Assembly: GCF_000009045.1 (NCBI RefSeq)
Contig: NC_000964.3
Span: 480,001-512,000, forward strand
DNA length: 32,000 bases
Source: Bacillus subtilis subsp. subtilis str. 168
GTDB taxonomy: Bacteria > Bacillota > Bacilli > Bacillales > Bacillaceae
Direction: 5' to 3'
Both the position numbers and the translations under genes were made by a program. Shown piece after piece: positions 26,324 to 32,000 of the stretch. Each line of letters begins with the position of its first letter. Within the stretch, counting starts at the first letter, position 1. The notes under the pieces were generated by a model. It had not been told where the DNA came from, made no database searches, and saw only the letters and a list, made by a program, of their open reading frames with translations.

Positions 26324-26468
26324 ATGTATTGTTTTGCTCTTGCAGATTTTTTTGATGCTTGCGGTCGATCCTGTCATAAATAACGTTCATCAGCTTTGGA
26401 TTGCCCATAATCGCCTCTTTGTTTTCCTGGATCAGCTGTTGGTAAGTTTTCACTTTACGCTTCGGCAT
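26322..26468 (-). CDS. fbpB: Small basic protein FbpB (YdbN), putative partner of Fur-regulated sRNA FsrA
   Basis: 48-codon ORF not in the supplied track: MPKRKVKTYQQLIQENKEAIMGNPKLMNVIYDRIDRKHQKNLQEQNNT. RBS AGGAGGG 9 nt upstream; overlaps the fbpA 3' end. Confidence 0.88.
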   Translation of the reverse strand: MPKRKVKTYQQLIQENKEAIMGNPKLMNVIYDRIDRKHQKNLQEQNNT

Positions 26469-26619
26469 GCTCCGGCGCCCTCCTGACATGTTTGTATTCA
26501 CTTTCTAACTCCGTCAGCGACAATTCATACAGATGACGCTTTGACTTTTTGTATATACCATTCTGTATTAACAGATGAATGAGCTGTTTTTTTCTGATTT
26601 CTGCAGACTGAGGTGTCAT
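26455..26619 (-). CDS. fbpA: Small basic protein FbpA
   Basis: MTPQSAEIRKKQLIHLLIQNGIYKKSKRHLYELSLTELESEYKHVRRAPEHAEA. ATG 26619 has GGAGG at 11 nt; the tracked TTG start 26637 overlaps the RBS. Downstream of a Fur box. Assignment of A versus B is from operon order. Confidence 0.82.
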   Translation of the reverse strand: MTPQSAEIRKKQLIHLLIQNGIYKKSKRHLYELSLTELESEYKHVRRAPEHAEA

Positions 26620-26646
26620 TGTGTCACCAACCTCCAATCAAACGAT

Positions 26647-26665
26647 ATTGATAATCATTATCAAT
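26647..26665 (-). promoter_or_regulatory. Fur box
   Basis: Perfect 19-bp palindrome ATTGATAATCATTATCAAT containing TGATAAT-N-ATTATCA. Confidence 0.95.
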
Positions 26666-26672
26666 TAACTTC

Positions 26673-26701
26673 AGTATACAATGTCCGCAATAGCCTGTAA
26701 A
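26673..26701 (-). promoter_or_regulatory. SigA promoter of fbpAB
   Basis: Minus strand TTTACA, 17 bp, TATACT, directly upstream of the Fur box. Confidence 0.82.
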
Positions 26702-26865
26702 GATGAAAAGAGTCCTATTCTTGGCCAATTTACAAACATTCAACAAATCGACAAAAAGTTTCCCGGGCAATAATTTGCTGTCGAAATATTCCGCTTCATT
26801 GAACGCACCCTGCTATTTTTCATGTTTTGAACCATACTATGTAATAGAATGGAGGCTGGTATTCA

Positions 26866-27738
26866 ATGGAGCGGACAGAAAATCTGAAAAAGGGAGAAAA
26901 AGGGGCGCTCCTCAATATTTTTGCATATGTCATCCTTGCTGTTGTAAAGCTAGTTATCGGGATTCTATATCATTCTGAAGCGCTGAGAGCAGACGGGTTA
27001 AATAATGGAACAGATATTGTTGCGTCAGTAGCAGTGCTGATAGGATTGCGGATTTCTCAAAGACCGGCTGACAGCGATCATCCATACGGCCATTATCGGG
27101 CTGAAACAATTTCGTCTCTTGTTGCGTCTTTTATTATGATGGCAGTCGGCATTGAAGTGTTAATCGGCGGAGGAAAAGCGATTGCGGGCGGCACAACGGA
27201 AACGCCAAATCTTATCGCGGCATGGACGGCGTTAGGCAGTGCTGTGTTTATGTATGGCATCTATTTATATAACAAAAGGCTGGCAGCGTCCATTAAAAGC
27301 TCTGCCCTGATGGCAGCGGCAAAGGACAGCAGGTCAGACGCTTTTGTAAGTGCCGGCGCGTTTATCGGTGTTTTTTCGTCCCAGCTGAAGCTGCCGTGGG
27401 TTGATCCGGTAACGGCTTTTATCATCGGCATCATCATTTGCAAAACTGCGTGGGATATCTTTAAAGACGCTTCACATTCCTTAACAGACGGCTTCCATTT
27501 AAAAGATCTTGAGCCTTACAAACAGACCGTCGGCAGGATCGAAAATGTGCATCGCCTAAAGGATGTGAAAGCGAGGTATTTAGGCAGTACAGTTCATATC
27601 GAGATGGTGATTACGGTTGATCCGAAGCTTACAGTAGAAGAAGGCCATGGAGTGGCGGATGAAGTAGAAGACAAAATAAAACATGAACACGATGTCACTC
27701 ATGTTCATGTTCATGTAGAGCCTGACGACATAAAATAA
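26866..27738 (+). CDS. ydbO: Cation diffusion facilitator (CDF) family transporter YdbO
   Basis: 290 aa. ALRADGLNNGTDIVASVAVLIGLRISQRPADSDHPYGHYRAETISSL. Confidence 0.94.
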   Translation: MERTENLKKGEKGALLNIFAYVILAVVKLVIGILYHSEALRADGLNNGTDIVASVAVLIGLRISQRPADSDHPYGHYRAETISSLVASFIMMAVGIEVLIGGGKAIAGGTTETPNLIAAWTALGSAVFMYGIYLYNKRLAASIKSSALMAAAKDSRSDAFVSAGAFIGVFSSQLKLPWVDPVTAFIIGIIICKTAWDIFKDASHSLTDGFHLKDLEPYKQTVGRIENVHRLKDVKARYLGSTVHIEMVITVDPKLTVEEGHGVADEVEDKIKHEHDVTHVHVHVEPDDIK

Positions 27739-27752
27739 GGCTGTTTAACGAA

Positions 27753-28073
27753 TTAGCTTATATGTTCAGATAAAAATTCAGTCACTTCTTCAGGCGTTTT
27801 GGCATTGGCGCTGTGAAGGTGAGCTGTTTTTTCACCGTTCTTGAAAATAAGCAGGCTGGGAATGCCCATTACTTGGTATTTTTCAGCCAGGTCAGGAAGC
27901 TCGTCCTTATTCAGCTCATACCAGTCGTTTTGGTTGTATTCTTCCAAAATATCGCCGATGAACATATTCATGCGTGTGCAGTCTGGGCACCAATCAGCAT
28001 AAAACTTTACAATGATTTCTTTATCAGATTGAATCAGTTCATTAAATTGTTCGTTTGTTGTGATTTTTTTCAT
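27753..28073 (-). CDS. ydbP: Thioredoxin-like protein YdbP
   Basis: 106 aa. Active-site motif FYADWCPDCTRM. Confidence 0.94.
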   Translation of the reverse strand: MKKITTNEQFNELIQSDKEIIVKFYADWCPDCTRMNMFIGDILEEYNQNDWYELNKDELPDLAEKYQVMGIPSLLIFKNGEKTAHLHSANAKTPEEVTEFLSEHIS

Positions 28074-28226
28074 ATGTCACATCTCCTTTTCAATGCCATT
28101 TTAATATAAAATAAAAAGGAATTACATACAAATGCATTCAACATCAGCATGCCCAAAAATAATTAGATCATTTTCCGGTGAAAATGATAAGATAGTAAAG
28201 ATGAATTGTAGTGGGGGGAGTATCCA

Positions 28227-29312
28227 TTGAAAACAAGTCTAGGATTAGTGTACGGAGGAAAGTCGGCAGAACATAATGTTTCCCTGCAGACAGCTCTGGC
28301 TGTAATCAAAGCGCTAAATACTGAGAAGTTTGATATACATCCGATTTATATAACAGAAAAAGGCGAATGGGTTAGAGGCGCCCGTTTAACTGAACCTGTT
28401 TCAAACGTGAAAATGCTTCAATTTGAGCAAGGAGGCAGTGCTTTTTCTCCAGCTGCCCTGAACCAGGAGATGTTTCCGCAGGAAGCGTCACAGCAAAATG
28501 AAGCCATCGACGTCGTATTCCCGCTCCTCCACGGACCGAACGGAGAAGACGGTACGATCCAGGGAATGCTCGAGCTGTTGAACATTCCTTATGTCGGCAA
28601 CGGAGTGCTTGCTTCCTCAGCTGGCATGGATAAAGTTGTCATGAAACATTTATTTGCGCAGGTTGGCCTTGCTCAGGCTAAATACGCAGCTTTCCTTAAG
28701 AAAGACTGGACTCGTTCTCCGAAAGAAAGCTGTGAGGAGGTTGAACAGGAATTAGGCTACCCTTGCTTCGTAAAACCGGCGAACCTCGGCTCAAGTGTCG
28801 GAATCAGCAAATGCCGAAACCGTGAAGAACTGCAAAAAGCGTTTGAGCTTGCTTTCCAATATGACCGCAAAGTCGTCGTTGAAGAAGGAATTAACGGCCG
28901 CGAGATCGAAATCGGCGTTCTTGGAAATGATGATCCTAAATGCTCTGTTGTGGGAGAAATCGCACCGAAGACAGATTTCTACGATTACAAAGCGAAATAT
29001 GAGGATGGAGATACTGATCTGATGATTCCGGCGATTGTGACTGATGAGGAATACGCAACAATCAGTGATATGGCGATCAAAGCGTTTAAAGCGATCGACG
29101 GTTCAGGACTCGTCAGAGCGGACTTTTTCCTGACAGCTGACGGCGAAGTTCTGATCAATGAAGTCAACACAATGCCTGGCTTTACACCTTTCAGCATGTT
29201 CCCGTTGCTCTGGAAAGAAGCCGGAGTGGAATATGCTGACCTGATTGAACAGCTTGTGGAGCTTGCAAAAGAACGCCACGCTGAAAAACAATTGATTAAG
29301 CATACATTCTAA
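28227..29312 (+). CDS. ddl: D-alanine--D-alanine ligase
   Basis: 361 aa from TTG 28227 with strong RBS gtggggggag. [20 protein letters not shown]...[12 protein letters not shown]. Confidence 0.97.
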
Positions 29313-29321
29313 TGAAGAAGG

Positions 29322-29350
29322 ACACTGCCGGTAAAAGGGCAGTGTTTTTT
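29322..29350 (+). terminator. Intrinsic terminator between ddl and murF
   Basis: ACACTGCC ggtaaaag GGCAGTGTTTTTT. Confidence 0.85.
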
Positions 29351-29383
29351 CCCGTATATACAAAAGAAAGAGAGGGACCTTAC

Positions 29384-30757
29384 TTGATTAAGCGAACAGT
29401 AAAAAACATTGCCGAAATGGTTAAAGGCACACTAGCAAATCCGCAATATGAACAAACAGTCATTCATGGAGTGGCAACCGATACAAGAAAACTGGAACAA
29501 CATCAGCTCTTTATTCCGCTGAAAGGGGAACGTTTTGACGGCCACTCTTTTGTGGAGCAGGCCTTTGAAGCTGGTGTAGCGGCTGTTCTTTGGGATCGGT
29601 CAGTACCAAATCCGCCCGAGAATCACGCCGTCATTTTAGTGGACGATACCCTTACTGCACTTCAGCAGCTTGCAAAAGCTTATTTGCAGGAGCTTGGCAC
29701 GCGTGTCATCGGAGTAACCGGAAGCAATGGCAAAACGACAACAAAAGATATGATTCACGCCGTATTGGGGACCCAGTACCGTGTCCACAAAACTGGAGGA
29801 AACTTCAATAATCATATCGGTTTGCCGCTGACGGTTTTAGCGATGCCTGAAAATACGGAGATCGCCGTATTGGAGATGGGAATGAGCGCCAAAGGAGAAA
29901 TTGACCTCTTGAGCCGACTGGCAAACCCGGATGCGGCAGTGATTACGAATATCGGCGAATCGCATATGCAAGACCTCGGCTCTAGAGAGGGCATCGCGGA
30001 GGCGAAGCTTGAAATCATAAACGGGCTTAAAGAAGACGGAGTGCTGATTTATATCGGGGACGAACCGCTTCTTCAAAATGCATACAGCTGCCAGACGAAA
30101 ACGTACGGTACGGGAACGCATAATGATTATCAGCTTCAGGATGTCAGCCAGAGTGAGGAAGGAACCCATTTTACAATCAAAGGGATAGAAAACACGTTTT
30201 TTATTCCAATACTCGGCAAGCACAATGTGATGAACGCCATGGCTGCAATTGCTGCAGGGGCTTATTTTGGCATCGCGCCTGAGGATGCGGCAAAAGGACT
30301 GAGCGGCCTAAAGGTAACCGGGATGAGGCTTGAACTCATCAAAACAGACAGCGGCCTTTCGATAATCAATGACGCTTATAATGCGAGCCCGACTTCCATG
30401 AAAGCTGCAATTCAATTGACAGAAAGCCTTGAAGGCTACGGCAAAAAAATGCTCGTGCTCGGTGATATGCTTGAACTCGGCGATCTTGAAGAAACGTTCC
30501 ATAAAGAGTGCGGCGCTGTGATCAGCCCTGATAAAATTGACCGCGTCTTTACGTACGGAAAACTGGGAGCTTTTATCGCGGAAGGCGCCCTGAAACACTT
30601 TGAGAAAGACCGCGTCAGCCATTACACTGAGAAAAAAGATCTCCTTCAAGCTGTGAAGGAAAACGCATCAAAAGGCGATTTGATTTTATTCAAAGCGTCC
30701 AGAGGTATGAAGCTTGAAGAAATCGTTAAAGATTTAATAGAGAGCCCGCTTTCATAA
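29384..30757 (+). CDS. murF: UDP-N-acetylmuramoyl-tripeptide--D-alanyl-D-alanine ligase MurF
   Basis: 457 aa from TTG 29384. Mur ligase ATP motif GVTGSNGKTTTKDM. The tracked start at 29312 crosses the ddl terminator. Confidence 0.96.
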   Translation: MIKRTVKNIAEMVKGTLANPQYEQTVIHGVATDTRKLEQHQLFIPLKGERFDGHSFVEQAFEAGVAAVLWDRSVPNPPENHAVILVDDTLTALQQLAKAYLQELGTRVIGVTGSNGKTTTKDMIHAVLGTQYRVHKTGGNFNNHIGLPLTVLAMPENTEIAVLEMGMSAKGEIDLLSRLANPDAAVITNIGESHMQDLGSREGIAEAKLEIINGLKEDGVLIYIGDEPLLQNAYSCQTKTYGTGTHNDYQLQDVSQSEEGTHFTIKGIENTFFIPILGKHNVMNAMAAIAAGAYFGIAPEDAAKGLSGLKVTGMRLELIKTDSGLSIINDAYNASPTSMKAAIQLTESLEGYGKKMLVLGDMLELGDLEETFHKECGAVISPDKIDRVFTYGKLGAFIAEGALKHFEKDRVSHYTEKKDLLQAVKENASKGDLILFKASRGMKLEEIVKDLIESPLS

Positions 30758-30862
30758 GAAAATATTTTGCGAAAAAACGCATATTGCATCATAAAATAAC
30801 CTGATATGCAAACACTAATGTATGCCGGCCGAAAATTATGTATATCTGGCCGGCTGCGGCTA

Positions 30863-30871
30863 TGATACAAT
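30863..30871 (+). promoter_or_regulatory. Candidate extended -10 promoter for cshA
   Basis: TGATACAAT; weak -35; positioned about 290 nt upstream of the cshA start. Confidence 0.45.
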
Positions 30872-31156
30872 ATATATAGGTTATTTCGCGATACGAACAT
30901 ATTCGTCCGGACTTTTCATCGTGACCCGAAGTTCTCCGCTGGATTCTTGGGAGCGGATGGAGCAGCAGCCGGCATATTCGAGATGCCGATCTGCTTCTCA
31001 TCTTATTGAAAAACAAATAGTGTAATGGTAAGATAAAACTTAAAGTAATTCGGGCTTTGTATACGGATGGATCCTGTCCTTCTTGTCTAAAGGGCAGTTT
31101 TATAAGTGGTAAATCACGACATTACTGAAACAGCAATTAGAAGGAGTTTGAATAAT

Positions 31157-32000
31157 TTGACTATAACGTTTCAAGATTTTAATTTAAGTTCTGATCTCAT
31201 GAAAGCAATTAATCGTATGGGATTTGAAGAAGCAACACCGATTCAGGCACAAACGATACCGCTCGGACTTTCAAATAAAGACGTCATTGGACAAGCGCAA
31301 ACAGGTACAGGTAAAACAGCTGCGTTTGGTATACCCCTTGTTGAAAAAATTAACCCCGAGTCTCCTAATATTCAAGCAATCGTAATCGCGCCAACCCGTG
31401 AATTAGCCATTCAAGTATCTGAAGAATTGTATAAAATCGGACAAGATAAACGTGCGAAGGTTCTTCCTATTTACGGCGGACAGGATATTGGACGGCAAAT
31501 CCGGGCGTTAAAGAAGAATCCGAATATTATTGTCGGAACACCTGGACGTCTTCTTGACCACATCAACCGCCGCACCATTCGTTTAAACAATGTAAATACC
31601 GTTGTAATGGATGAAGCGGATGAAATGCTGAACATGGGATTCATTGACGATATTGAATCTATCCTTTCAAACGTGCCAAGCGAGCATCAGACACTTCTGT
31701 TCTCTGCCACAATGCCTGCGCCGATCAAACGCATTGCAGAGCGCTTCATGACTGAGCCGGAACACGTAAAAGTAAAAGCGAAAGAAATGACGGTTTCTAA
31801 CATTCAGCAGTTCTATTTGGAAGTGCAAGAACGTAAAAAATTCGATACACTGACTCGCCTTCTTGATATTCAGTCTCCTGAGCTTGCGATCGTATTCGGA
31901 CGTACAAAACGCCGTGTCGATGAGCTGGCTGAAGCTCTGAACCTTCGCGGATATGCAGCTGAAGGTATTCACGGTGACTTAACGCAGGCGAAACGTATGG
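31157..32000 (+). CDS. cshA: DEAD-box RNA helicase CshA (YdbR), 5' part, truncated by window end
   Basis: TTG 31157 with RBS aaggag; [37 protein letters not shown]. Motifs [37 protein letters not shown]. Missing from the track because it is open at the edge. Confidence 0.97.
   Translation, partial: MTITFQDFNLSSDLMKAINRMGFEEATPIQAQTIPLGLSNKDVIGQAQTGTGKTAAFGIPLVEKINPESPNIQAIVIAPTRELAIQVSEELYKIGQDKRAKVLPIYGGQDIGRQIRALKKNPNIIVGTPGRLLDHINRRTIRLNNVNTVVMDEADEMLNMGFIDDIESILSNVPSEHQTLLFSATMPAPIKRIAERFMTEPEHVKVKAKEMTVSNIQQFYLEVQERKKFDTLTRLLDIQSPELAIVFGRTKRRVDELAEALNLRGYAAEGIHGDLTQAKRM

Noticed and set aside
30822-31025. 67-aa ORF as a full gene upstream of cshA
   Set aside because: The start lies in the GC-rich dyad upstream of the predicted promoter and has no RBS. 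Only the 3' 22-codon segment is kept as a speculative mini-ORF.
1-32000. Defence island, prophage, IS element, toxin-antitoxin or secondary-metabolite cluster
   Set aside because: No transposase, integrase, phage structural, restriction, Cas or NRPS/PKS-like ORF is present. All major ORFs match the syntenic B. subtilis core region.

Overview
This is an ordinary chromosomal segment of a Bacillus subtilis-group genome. Gene content, order and protein sequences match the ydaK to cshA (ydbR) region from memory; no database was searched. In order it carries: the ydaKLMN exopolysaccharide operon (degenerate GGDEF protein, DUF2334 protein, BcsA-like glycosyltransferase, BcsB-like protein); kimA (ydaO) behind a c-di-AMP riboswitch of the ydaO type; mutT, ydaP, ydzK, mntH; the stress genes ydaS, ydaT, ydbA, gsiB, ydbB, ydbC and ydbD (Mn catalase); the C4-dicarboxylate system dctB/dctS-dctR-dctP; ydbI; the ABC transporter ydbJK; ydbL; ydbM; the Fur-controlled small genes fbpA-fbpB (fbpB is absent from the supplied ORF track); ydbO, ydbP, ddl, murF; and the 5' part of cshA. 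I see no phage, IS element, CRISPR array, rRNA or tRNA, and no clear novel accessory system. The items most worth a second look are regulatory. (1) A perfect 14-bp inverted repeat brackets a SigB-like promoter and abuts the ydbD Shine-Dalgarno. (2) There is a long structured leader before cshA. (3) A terminator-like hairpin sits at the predicted transcription start of ydbJ. (4) A cre box and a direct repeat lie upstream of dctP. (5) Five SigB-like promoters cluster within about 8 kb. (6) A 48-codon fbpB overlaps fbpA and ends in a shared bidirectional terminator.
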